A stretch of DNA of 64,000 bases, taken from assembly GCF_009914755.1 (NCBI RefSeq), contig NC_060927.1, one strand, 5' to 3'. The notes under the pieces were generated by a model. It was not told the DNA's origin and did not search any database. It was given only the letters and a program-made list of their open reading frames with translations. This document shows positions 25,184 to 36,783 of the stretch, one piece after another (positions within the stretch are counted from its first letter, which is position 1; the number at the start of each line of letters is the position of its first letter). A program made the translations under genes and the position numbers. This stretch comes from the human T2T-CHM13v2.0 reference genome, Homo sapiens.

Positions 25184-26005
25184 TCAAAGGTTTTTTCCTC
25201 CAGAGTGGATCTTACTCTGTTGGGCAAAAGCAGAGTGGTAGCCAAAGGCCTTTCTATGTTCAAGGCACTCATAAGGTTTCTCTCCAGTGTGACTCCTTGT
25301 ATGTCGAGTGAGGGAATAGCTGTAGTAAAAACCTTTCCCACATTCTTTACACTCGTAGGGCTTTCCTGCAGTGTGGGTCATACTATGTCGGAAGAAAACA
25401 GAGTGGTAGGTGAAGGTCTTCCCGCACTCACTGCACTTGCAGGGCTTCTCTCCAGTGTGAATCTTCATGTGCCGGGTTAAGGAAGAGTTGTAGTAAAAGG
25501 TTTTTCCACATTCTTTGCACCCAAAGAGTTTTTCTCCAGTGTGGGTCACACGATGCTGGATGAAGACAGAGTGATAGCTGAAGGTCTTTCCACACTCGCT
25601 GCACTCATAGGGCTTCTCTCCAGTGTGAATCTGGCGGTAGCACAGGAGGTGCGACCTGCGGTTGAAGACCTTCCCGCACTCCACGCACTTACAGGGCTTC
25701 TCCCCTGTGTGAATCCTCATGGGTCGAACGAAGTCGACCTTTTCAGGAAAGGCTTTTCCACACTCCTGGCATTCATAAGGCTTCACCCCAGTGTGAATCT
25801 GCTGATGTCGAACAAGGAGGCTGTTTTTGTTAAACACGCTCCCACATTCCTTGCATTTGTAGGTCTTCCCCTCACGAACCAAAGTGTCTTTACTTGGTCC
25901 CTGCGAGTCACATTCATGGAGATTGTCTCCTGTGGAGACCTGCTCCTGTAAAACCTGTGAGTGCAGACCATCACCTGTCCCCAACCCATCGCGTTTAGGG
26001 CTCAT
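25184..26005 (-). CDS. ZNF80: ZNF80, intronless C2H2 zinc-finger protein without KRAB (273 aa; 8 finger units, of which 2, 3 and 8 are degenerate)
   Basis: The ORF track 25184..26050 begins at a TTG; the first in-frame ATG is at 26005 (context AGGAAGATGA) giving [40 protein letters not shown]... followed by tandem CxxC-x12-HxxxH units with TGEKP linkers. The protein and its position immediately downstream of an ERV9 LTR match ZNF80 as I recall it. Confidence 0.93.
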
Positions 26006-26071
26006 CTTCCTCCAGAAGGTCTCCGTGTGGGAGACTGCAGCCAAACTCAAGTGCCCTTTTGCATTTCCAAC

Positions 26072-27785
26072 TGTGTCCGGAATTGGTGGGTTCTTGGTCT
26101 CACTGACTTCAAGAATGAAGCCGCGGACCCTTGTGGTGAGTGTTACAGCTCTTAAGGTGGCGCGTCTAGAGTTTGTTCCTTCTGATGTTCGGATGTGTTC
26201 GGAGTTTCTTCCTTCTGGCGGGTTCGTGGTCTCGCTGGCTCAGGAGTGAAGCTGCAGACCTTCGTGGTGAGTGTTACAGCTCTTAAGGCTTAAGGCGGCG
26301 CGTCTGGAGTTGTTCGTTCCTCCCGGTGGGCTCGTGGTCTCGCTGGCTTCAGGAGTGAAGCTGCAGACGTTTGCGGTGAGTGTTACAGCTGGTAAAAGCA
26401 GTGTGGACCCAAAGAGTGAGAAGTAGCAAGATTTATTGCAAAGAGCAAAAGAACAAAGCTTCCACAGTGTGGAAAGGGACCCCAGCGGGTTGCCACTGCT
26501 GGCTCGGGCAGCCTGCTTTCATTCTCTTATCTGGCCCCACCCACATCCTGCTGATTGGTAGAGGCCTGGTCTGTTTTGACAGGGCGCTGATTGGTGTGTT
26601 TACAATTCCTGAGCTAGACACAAAGGTTCTCCACGTCCCCACTAGATTAGCTAGACACAGAGTGTGGACATAAAGGTTCTCTAAGTCCCCACCAGAGTAG
26701 CTAGATACAGAGTGTCCATTGGTGCATTCACAAACCCTGAGCTAGACACAGGGTGCTGATTGGTGTGTTTACAAACCTTGAGCTAGATACAGAGTGCCGA
26801 TTGGTGTATTTACAATCCCTGAGCTAGACATAAAGGTTCTCCAAGGCCCCACCAGAGTAGCTAGATACAGAGTGTAGATTGGTGCATTCACAAACCCTGA
26901 GCTAGACACAGGGTGCTGATTGGTGTGTTTACAAACCTTGAGCTAGATACAGAGTGCTGATCAGTGTATTTACAATCCCTGAGCTAGACATAAAGGTTCT
27001 CCAAGGCCCCACCAGAGTAGCTAGGTACAGAGTGTCCATTGGTGCATTCACAAACCCTGAGCTAGACACAGGGTGCTGATTGGTGTATTTACAATCCCTG
27101 AGCTACACATAAAGGTTCTCCATGTCCCCACCAGACTCAGAAGCCCAGCTGGCTTCACCCAGTGGATCCCGCACCGGGGCTGCAGGTGGAGCTGCCTGCC
27201 AGTCCTGCGCCATGCACCCGCACTCCTCAGCCCTTGGGTGGTCGATGGGACTGGGTGCCGTGGAGCAGGGGGCGGCGCTCATCGGGGAGGATCGGGCCGT
27301 ACAGGAGCCCACGGAGGGGGTGGGAGGCTCAGGCATGGCGGGCTGCAGGTCCCGAGCCCTGCCCCACGGGAAGGCAGCTAAGGCCCAGCAAGAAATCGAG
27401 TGCAGCGCCGGTGGGCTGGCACTGCTGGGGGACCCAGTACACCCTCCGCAGCCGCTGGCCCGGGTGCTAAGCCCCTCATTGCCTGGGGCCGGCAGGGCCG
27501 GCCGGCTGCTCCGAGTGTGGGGCCCGCCAAGCCCATGCCCACTCTGAACTCCAACTGGCCCGCAAGTGCCACGTGCAGCCCGGGTTCCCGCTCTTTCCTC
27601 TCCCTCCACACCTCCCTGCAAGCTGAGGGAGCCGGCTCCGGCCTTGGCCAGCCCAGAAAGGGGCTCCCACAGTGCAGCGGTGGGCTGAAGGGCTCCTCAA
27701 GTGCCGCCAAAGTGGGAGCCCAGGCAGAGGAGGCGCCGAGAGCGAGCGAGGGCTGTGAGGACTGCCAGCACGCTGTCACCTCTCA
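26072..27785 (-). mobile_element. Solitary LTR12C-type (ERV9) LTR
   Basis: Minus strand starts TGAGAGGTGACAGCGTGCTGGCAGTCCTC and ends AACCCACCAATTCCGGACACA (LTR12 termini). 4-bp TSD CAAC at 26068-26071 and 27786-27789. Internal ~40-bp repeats with CCAAT/GATA motifs, CpG-rich 5' U3. Confidence 0.95.
26480..27120 (-). promoter_or_regulatory. LTR12 U3 enhancer/promoter driving ZNF80: tandem NF-Y (CCAAT) and GATA repeats, TSS expected near 26490-26510
   Basis: About nine ATTGG (CCAAT on minus) boxes in repeated units at 26550-27090; GATAAGAGAATGAAAGCAGG core element near 26511-26531; same orientation as ZNF80. ERV9-LTR-driven expression of ZNF80 is established knowledge; the TSS position is inferred. 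Confidence 0.8.
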
Positions 27786-27789
27786 CAAC

Positions 27790-28121
27790 CACTCTTTCCC
27801 TCACTCACCTCAACCTGGAGGAACTTCTGGCTCCCTGAGTTAGTCTTTCCAGGAGCAAGGCTCCCTAGGACAAGGCTGGCTGGCTTTGGCTTTTACTTTG
27901 TCACCTGGACAGCAGCTTTAGCAAAGGTATTTTCTGCTCTTTTATCACTGCTTCAGCTAGTAGGTCAACTGTGGTTTGCATGCCCCCGTGACGAGTGGTC
28001 TGCAGGTCTCTGGTGTCACCTCTCAGTACGGGGTCCTCTGGGGCTGGTCCAGCTGCTCCCACTTCTTCCAGGTTAAGATCATGGACATGTCCTGCACCAC
28101 TGCCTCGGATGTCGCTGCAAT
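27790..28121 (-). pseudogene. Fossil KRAB-A/KRAB-B/linker of the ancestral KRAB-ZNF retrocopy from which ZNF80 derives
   Basis: Manual minus-strand translation from 28121: IAATSEAVVQDMSMILTWKKWEQLDQPQRTPY*EVTPETCRPLVTGACKPQLTY*LKQ**KSRKYLC*SCCPGDKVKAK, then (frameshift) PALS*GALLLERLTQGARSSSRLR*VRE. This aligns with the KRAB and linker of ZNF599/ZNF264/ZNF805-type proteins, without introns. Confidence 0.8.
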
Positions 28122-28164
28122 GGAGCAAGACAAAAGCCACGCGACACCTGCATCCGCATATGCA

Positions 28165-28240
28165 GAGAGTACTTCCGACTACAGATACCAGAGAGCCGCG
28201 TGCAGCCTCCGCCAGCCGAACTACAAGTCTCAGAGGCCTC
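28165..28240. promoter_or_regulatory. Relict KRAB-ZNF-type promoter motifs (ETS plus two ACTACA ZNF143/THAP11-like sites)
   Basis: ACTTCCG at 28171-28177; ACTACAGATACCAGAGAGC from 28178 and ACTACAAGTCTCAGAGGC at 28220-28237 resemble ACTACAnnTCCCAG; locally CpG-rich; just upstream of the fossil start codon. Confidence 0.45.
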
Positions 28241-29723
28241 AGTTTCATTTTTTAATTCCTGGGAATTTAACCCTCAATTATTCTAAATGGAAGTTGATGC
28301 CGGTTGGGTCGGGGGGACCTGCAAGCTTGCGCACAAACGTGCACATAAGAACATACATGTAAGGAACCTGTTCATGCAGGGCGTGGAGAGAGTGTGTCCC
28401 ACTTATCACTTAATTTTACCCGCTGACCCCACGATAAACTGTACCAAGGGGCTGGCCATTAAAGTCAATCCAGTCAAAATACTCAGTGTGGAGAAGACAT
28501 GGAAATTCAGGATCTCTTTTATGTTGTGGATGGTTCTGTAATTAGTAAAATCACTTTGGAAAAGTTTGGTCCTATGTCCTAAAGGTCTTTCCAAAACAAA
28601 GCTTTCCCACATGTACCAGGAAATGTGTTCCAGAATGCTCACATTAGCAAACACCTGGAGAGAGTTCAGGAAAGAGGATGGCCGCTACACAGAATACAAC
28701 ATTGTTCAGCCGCCTGGGACTGCTGCCGTCCAGTACTTCTCCCAGGGGAGCCAGGGAAGCATCACAGTTTATGTTGCAGAATCCTCAAAAATGAAGGGTG
28801 TAACAGCACCAAATCGCTCTGGAGCTGGTGAGGAGTGGAAGCCATCATATGGAGATTGGTGGCAGTGGCTTGAGCTTTGAGCAAGACCCTGATCCACTGC
28901 CCTCCCCTTCCCAAAATGCAGCTGGTTTTTAAAGTGAAGAGAGGATCTTGGAACCAGGGAATGAGAAGCAAATTGGACAGTTCTGGCGAATACTGAAGAA
29001 GAGAACTGATGGTCACTGACATATGGACCCCTCACTCCACCCCTCTTTGCTCGTCGTAGCAGCTGTTTGGAATGTTCCTCTCTCAGAATCTAATCAGCTC
29101 AAGAGGAGAGACCCAAAGACGCTGATATTGCAGTTCTCCCAGTGAGGTGGCCTGGCAGGTTGACTTTTAGCAAATACTTATACTTTGTTTTATTTTTCTT
29201 TCTTCTGTGCTGGCCAGAACCTCTATCTACTATATTGAAAAGAAGAGGTGCTATCAAATGCCATTTTCATTTTGCTGATTAAAAAAAATTCTTCTAATGT
29301 TTCATAATTAAGAATGTGTGTAGTGTGAAATTTTACTGGTATCACCAGCTTGATTAGTTTTATAAGATATAAATATTGGGGTCAGAGAAATAAAAGAGCA
29401 GGCAGACATGCTAACTGAAAAATCCAACAGAGTTTTCTCACCCAAAGTATTTGGAACAAATCAGTACAGTCACAATACAAGGCAGAAGGCTCAGCTGTGT
29501 TATCCAGACAGCAAGAGTCTCCCCAAGATGGGAGGCAATAGTGGATGGCAATGACTTAGGCTGCTATGCATGAGCTCTTCTGAATCGGTTCTGAACTGTC
29601 TTGCCAGGGACAGTGCCTTCATCATTCTTAGGACGCTGCACATTTGATGGTGAAGTTCTCTCCAGCAGTGGTTCTCAAAGTGTCATTCCTGGTCTCTGTT
29701 GTGCTTATTTTTAAGAGTTAAAG

Positions 29724-30017
29724 AGCTGGGCGCGGTGGCTCAGGCCTGTAATTCTAGCACTTTGGGAGGCCAAGGCAGGCGGTTCACAAGGTCAGGAGTT
29801 TGAGACCAGCCTGGCCAACATGGCGAAACCCAATCTCTCCTAAAAATACAAAAATTAGCTGGGCGTGGTGGTACGTGCCTGTAATCCCAGCTATTCAAGA
29901 GGGTGAGGCAGGAGAATTACTTGAATCTGGGAGTCGGAGGTTGCAGTGAGCCAAGATGGTGCCACTGCACTCCAGCCTGGGCAACAGAGCAAGACTCTGT
30001 CTTGAGAAAAAAAAAAG
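29724..30017 (+). mobile_element. AluS
   Basis: Dimeric Alu with poly-A; TSD AAGAGTTAAAGA. Confidence 0.93.
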
Positions 30018-30925
30018 AGTTAAAGAAAGCTGATCACTAAATACATGCAATCTAACCATGATCATGTGGGCGGTTACAAAATGCATTAGTTTTGTTTCTT
30101 GGAAATGTCTATTTTTTTCTTTAATGAATTTGTCTTTCAGCATATGGTTTTAATGATATAAAACAGCTCCTAAAAATGATAAAAAAAATTTCTCTCATTT
30201 GAGCTGTCAGTAGCAAAGCTTGTAAGTAATGTGACTATCTCAGCAAAAAGTTGGTACGAATTAGATCATATCAGTAACAATGCCCAGAGTCTGCTCTCTG
30301 GAAATTCTCAGGGGGTTTCTCACAAGGAATCCTGTGGATGACTTAACCAATGTGACTATAGACTCTCACCTGCAATTTTTGGTCCTTGGACACACCCATG
30401 GACTTCCCCTTATCACTGTAATCCAGGCATGAACATAAACTCTCTAGTGTTAGACCAAACTGTGGCTTTAACAAGACTTTTCTTAGGGCTGGGGATCACA
30501 GAGGGACGTTCATATAAAGAATAACAACTGGCTACTAGATAGGGCTGTTCTTGGAGTCCTCAGTTCCCAGTCCATTCAGCTGGCCTCCATACAGCTGCCT
30601 TCTGCTCAGAGCCCATTCTCTTCACCACCATTTTAGGAAGAGGCCAGTTTTTCTCTACCACCCAGAAACATCTCACACATGCCTCAATTCCACAGTGTCT
30701 AGGCCGAAGTCAAAGTCCAGACAGAGGAACTAACCCCAATCCAGGCCTGTATTCCCCATTTTCTGTTTCCATATTTTACAAAGATGCCTAATCAGTATAT
30801 TATCTTCTTCCTTCAGTAGAGAATCCACCTTCATTCACACAATTGTGGCCTTACCCTATGACTCCAATAGTATAGCCCCTTAGAACATAGTGTCACATTT
30901 CCAGAAGATATACATACTTACCACT

Positions 30926-31070
30926 TTGGGTTGAATTGATCCCTCCAAAAGGATGAAGTCCTAACCTCCAGTACATGAGCATGTGACCTTATTCGGAAAC
31001 AGAATCTTTGCAGACGATCAAGTTAAAATGAGGTCATTAGGATAGGCCCAACTAAAATGTCTTTGCCTCT
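30926..31070 (+). mobile_element. MLT1 LTR 5' fragment
   Basis: TGGGTTGAATTG...ATGTGACCTTATTCGGAAA...AAATGAGGTCAT. Confidence 0.65.
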
Positions 31071-31094
31071 AAAAACATGGATTCTCCTTGATTC

Positions 31095-31409
<315 letters not shown>

Positions 31410-34400
31410 TGATTCTTCATGTTAGAAATACATTCTCCCTTGTATCTCCCTAGTCCTTTATCCTTTATCTCATGCCATCACTTTCTTCCTGGTGATACAG
31501 CTAACTATTTGTGCAGCCTGACTCTCTCATCAAACTATAAGTTCTCAAGAGCAGAATTCCCATTGAACTCATCTTTATATCTTTCAGAGTGAGAAATACT
31601 GTGCCTTGCATGTGGCCAGTGAGCAAATCCATATCTTGCCTAATTTGATTCCTTTTATAACCCTCAGAAATAGGTGTTGTATACCCTCCAACCAATGAAG
31701 AGGAGTGTGGCCAAAGATGAGAATGACCTGTCCGCATAGAATTCTTTCACCATTGCTTATTGCTTCAAACGGTATTAAGCCCAAGAAACAACAATCAAAA
31801 CACAAAACCCAGCACAGCTCATTTATTAATTATCTCTTTTGTGAACCAACTCTTTCTTTGTGTGAGACAGCTCTGTTTCTGCCTGGTAAGGGAGCAGTCC
31901 ACTTCAAATGCAAAAGCAAATTGTTCCTGCAGCCACAGTTTTAGGACCTGCTTCTCCCCCTTTTCTGCTTGTATGAGATGCCCTAGGGTCCTAGAGACAC
32001 TGTAGATAAACTCAGCAACTGCCTCTTGGATGCCCAGGTGGATTCTGAAGTTCTCTCCACATGGTGGTTGCTGTGGGGAAGAATGAGTTTCTGTTTTGCT
32101 CAGAAAATACTCTTTATGACTGGAGGTTTCCCATGTGCTTCTTGTCTGTTCTACTTGTCTACCAAGTTGCTGAGTTCTCAATTATATATGTATATATACA
32201 TATATATTCATTAGCATGTTTTCCATTACCAGACTAATAGCAAATCCTTCAAATGTTGTTATGAAATGTCACCATCTCATGCTGTAATATCCCACTAAAA
32301 AGGTTCAGAAATAGGAAACAGAAATATTTATTGTTTCTTGATCTAGAAGGGTTGGTAAATTCAAAGTGGAGAAGCTTAGGCTTAAGATGGGACTTACTTG
32401 TTGAATAACCTTGGGAAAATTACTTCATCATTGAGTTTCTTCACCTGGAAAATGAGGGATAAGACCAGATTCTCCACATCTAGGGATTTTCTCCTTGCCA
32501 CATTTAGGTCTCAATTAGTCTGCAGTAAGACTATAGCAGAGAGGCTGTGTAGGCCCAGGTATGATAAATTAATAAATCTCAGGGTAGACGAGAAGTAGTA
32601 AAGAGAACATGTTGTCAGAAGCAGAATTTGTGAATTCACAGAGCAGTTACATTTATAATTTCAATTTGAGATTTAAAGGGCAAATTTCAGATGAACCACC
32701 ATGTTCCATTTTAATTCAATATGTCTTAGGATTTTCCACCTCAAAACTCTTAGGTCCTTTGCTAAAAAGTCAGGTCCAGTCTTATCAGTCTTTGATTATC
32801 TAGAAATGGATGATCATGCTGTCTCTAAGAGCTCATTAACTAACTCCTCTCATTTTCATCCTTCCTAATAAGCCACTCCAGCCATAGAGCATGGATTAAG
32901 ATGTGGAATAAGGAACAATAAATACAGTCCACATGAAAGTCTAAGCAGGGTATCTCCCAAGCCATGCCTTCCCATTCTGGGTGTCCTAGCCCTTTCCATA
33001 GCTTCTTGTTTTCTTATCCAATTAACATCTCCTCCATGATGCTGTTCAAAGTGGTCAATTTGAAGATTATTCTATTAATGTCTAGACAGGTGTGGCTGTT
33101 ACTATTTGAGAACTTCACCTGTCTTTCTGAAGACTTTTTGGCCTTTCTTCCACAAGGGGAGTAAACAGAGCTCATCTGGGGGATATTCTAGTATCTTTTC
33201 ATCTTGGGTAGAGTTAAGACTGATTACTGTGGTGCTGCTTTCTGGAATTTGCCTTATATAAGACAGCTTAATTTGTCCCAGCTGATATGGTTTGGATTTG
33301 TGTCCCCACTCAAATCCCATGTTCATTTGTAATCCCCAGTGTTGGAGATGGGGCCTAGTAGGAGATGATTTGATCATGGGGGTAGATCCTTCATGAATGG
33401 CTTAGCACTATCCTTTTTGGTGCTGTTCTCCTGATAGAGTTCTCATGAGATCTACTTGTTTAGAAGTGTGTGGCACCTCCCCTCTCGCTCTTTCTTTCCC
33501 CTGCTCTGGCCACGTGAAGATGTATGCTTCAGCTTTGCCTTCCACCATGAGTAAAAGCTCCTTGATACCTCCCCCAGAAGCAGATGCTGCCATGCTTCCT
33601 GTACAGCCTGTGGAACCATGAGCCAATTTAACCTCTTTTGTGTATAAATTACCCAGTCTCAGGTATTTCTGTATAGCAGGATAAGAATGGACTGATATAG
33701 AAAATTGGTATTGAGAAGTGGGGCATTGCTATAAAGATACCTGAAAATTTGGAAGCGACTTTGGATCTGGGTAATGGGCAGAGGTTGGAGGAGTGTGGAG
33801 GGCTCAGAAGACAGGAAGATAAGAAAAAATTTGGAACTTTCTAGAGACCTGTTAAGTTGTTGTGACCAAAATGCTGATAGTGATATGGACAGTGATATCT
33901 AGGCTGAGAAAGTCTCAGATGGCTGAGAAAGTCTCAAATGAGGAACTTATTGGGAACTTGAACAAAAGTCACATTTGTTATGCATTAGCAAGGAACCTGG
34001 CAGCATTGTGCCCCTGTTCTAGGGATCTGTGGAACTTTAAACTTGAGAGTGATGATTTAGGGTATTTAGCAGAAGAAATTTCTATGGAGCAAAGTGTGCA
34101 ATAAATAACCTGGCTGCTTCTAACAGCTTAAACTCACATGGGTGAGCAAAGAATTGACTTGAAATTGGAACTTATATTTAAAAGGGATGCAGAGCATAAA
34201 AGTTTGGAAAATTTGCAGCCTGGCAATGTGGTACAAAAGAAAAACCCATTTTCTGGGGGAGGAATTCAAGCTGGCTGCAGAAATTTGCATAAGTAAAGAA
34301 GAGCCAAATGTTAATAGCCAAGACAATGGGAAAGAGGCCTCCAAGGCATTACAGAGACCTTTGCGGCAGCCTCTCCCATCATAGGCCCAGAGACATAGGA

Positions 34401-35693
34401 GGGAAAAATGGTTTCATGAGCCAGGCCCAGGGCCGTGCTTCCCTGCGCAGCCTTGAGACACTGCTTCTCACATCCCAGCTACTCTAGCTCCAGCTGTGAC
34501 TCAGAGGTGCCCAGGTACAGCTTGGGCTGCTGCTTCAGAGGGAACAAGCCACAAGCCACAATCCTTGGTGGCTTCCATGTAGTGTTAAGCTTGCAGGTGC
34601 ACAGAGTGCAAGAGTTGAGGCTTGGGATCTTCTGTCTAGATTTCAGAGGATGTATGGAAAAGCTGTCCAGGCAGAAACCTGTTGCAAGAGTGGAGCCCTA
34701 ATGGAGGACCTCTACTAGGGCAATGTGGAGAGGAAATGTGGGGTTGGAGCCTCCACACAGAATCCACACTGGGGACTGCCTAATGTAGGTATGAGAAGAG
34801 CACCACTGTCCTCCAGACCCTGGAATGGTAGATACAATGACAGCTTGCACTGTGTGCCTAGAAAACTGCAGGCACCCAACACCAGCCTGTGAAAGCAGCC
34901 AGGGTGCTGTACCCTGCAAAGCCTAAGGGGCAGAGCTGCCCAGGTCCTTGGGAATCCACCTTTGCATCAGTGTGCCCTGGAAGTGAGACATGGAGTCAAT
35001 GAAGATTATTTTGGAGCTTTAAGACTTAATGATTGTCCTGCTGGGTTTCAGACTTGCATGGAGCTTATATGTCATTGCTTTTGACCAATTTCTCCCTTTT
35101 TGTAATGAGAATACTTACCCAATGCTTGTATCTTGGAAGTAACTAACTTGTTTTTAATTCTACAGGCTCACAGGCAGAAGGGACTAGCCTTGTCTCAGAT
35201 AAGACTTTGGACTTTGGACTTTTGCATTAATGCTGAAATGAGTTAAGACTTTGGAGACTGTTGAGAAACGATGATTGTATTTTACAATGTAAGGACATAA
35301 GATTGGGAGGAGCCAGGGGGCAGAATGATATGGTTTGGATTTGTGCACCCATATCTCATGTTCAAATGTAATCCCCAATGTTGGAGGAGGGGTCTGGGGG
35401 AGGTGATTGGATCATGGGGGTAGATCCTTCATGAATGGTTTAGCACCATCCCTTTGGTGCTATTCTCATGATAGAGTTTTCACAAGATCTGGTTATTTAA
35501 AAGTGTGTGGCATCTCCGTTCTCACTCTCTGTTTCTCCTGTTTTGGTCACGTGAAGATGCCTGTTCCAGCTTTGCCTTCTGCCATGAGTAAAAGCTCCCT
35601 GATACCTCCCCAGAAGCAGATGCTGCCATGCTTCCTGTACAGCTTGTGGAAACATAAGCCAATCAAACCTCTTTTTAAAAATAAATTACCCAT

Positions 35694-35975
35694 GGCCAGG
35701 TTTAGTGACTTATGTCTGTAATCTCAGCACTTTTGGAAGCCGAGGCAGATCACTTGAGGTCAGGAGTTTGAGACCAGCCAGGCCACCATCGTGAAACCCT
35801 GTCTCTACTAAAAATACCAAAAAGCTTAGCTGGGTATGGTGGTGCGTATTTGTAATTCTAGCTACTTGGGAGGCTGAGGTGGGAGGATTGCTTGAACCCA
35901 GGAGGTGGAGGTTTCAGTGAGCCAAGATCACACCATTACACTCCAGCCTGGATGACAGAGGGAGACTCATCTCGA

Positions 35976-36027
<52 letters not shown>

Positions 36028-36075
36028 AGGAAGGAAGGAAGGAAGGAAGGAAGGAAGGAAGGAAGGAAGGAAAGA
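35694..36075 (+). mobile_element. Alu inserted in the MST 3' LTR, tail converted to (GAAA)n(GGAA)n
   Basis: GGCCAGG... dimeric Alu; TSD AAAATAAATTACCCA on both sides. Confidence 0.9.
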
Positions 36076-36252
36076 AAATAAATTACCCAGTCTCAGGAAT
36101 TTCTTTACAGAGGTGCGAGAATGGACTGAGATGGGAGGATTGCTTGAACCCAGGAGATGGAGGTTTCAGTGAGCCAAGATCACACCATTACACTCCAGCC
36201 TGGATGACAGAGTGAGACTCATCTCGAAAGAAAGAAAGAAAGAAAGGAAGAG

Positions 36253-36303
<51 letters not shown>

Positions 36304-36519
36304 AAATAAATTACCCAGTCTCAGGAATTTCTTTACAGAGGTGCGAGAATGGACTGAGATGCGAGGATTGCTTGAACCCAGGAGATGGAGGTTTCAGTGA
36401 GCCAAGATCACACCATTACACTCCAGCCTGGATGACAGAGTGAGACTCATCTCAAAAGAAAGAAAGAAAGAAAGAAGGAAAGAAGGAAAGAAGGAAAGAA
36501 GGAAGGAAGGAAGGAAGGA

Positions 36520-36579
<60 letters not shown>

Positions 36580-36741
36580 AAATAAATTACCCAGTCTCAG
36601 GAATTTCTTTACAGAAGTGCGAGAATGGACTGAGGTGGGAGGATTGCTTGAACCCAGGAGATGGAGGTTTCAGTGAGCCAAGATCACACCATTACACTCC
36701 AGCCTGGATGACAGAGTGAGACTCATCTCAAAAGAAAGAAA

Positions 36742-36783
<42 letters not shown>

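Noticed and set aside
24815-25951. Plus-strand ORFs of 221 aa and 136 aa overlapping ZNF80
   Set aside because: Antisense shadows of zinc-finger repeats, which commonly lack stops; no recognisable domain.
26006-26050. 15-aa N-terminal extension of ZNF80 in the ORF track
   Set aside because: Starts at TTG; it is ancestral linker sequence and the first in-frame ATG is at 26005.
27073-27843. Several 100-170 aa ORFs on both strands
   Set aside because: All lie in the GC-rich LTR12 U3; compositional artefacts.
27901-28248. 115-aa minus-strand ORF upstream of the LTR
   Set aside because: It is an alternative frame over the KRAB fossil; the homologous frame is the stop-riddled one.
33902-33940. 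19-bp tandem duplication in the MST internal region; similar small duplications near 44790, 45975 and 60030
   Set aside because: Ordinary slippage events inside repeats.
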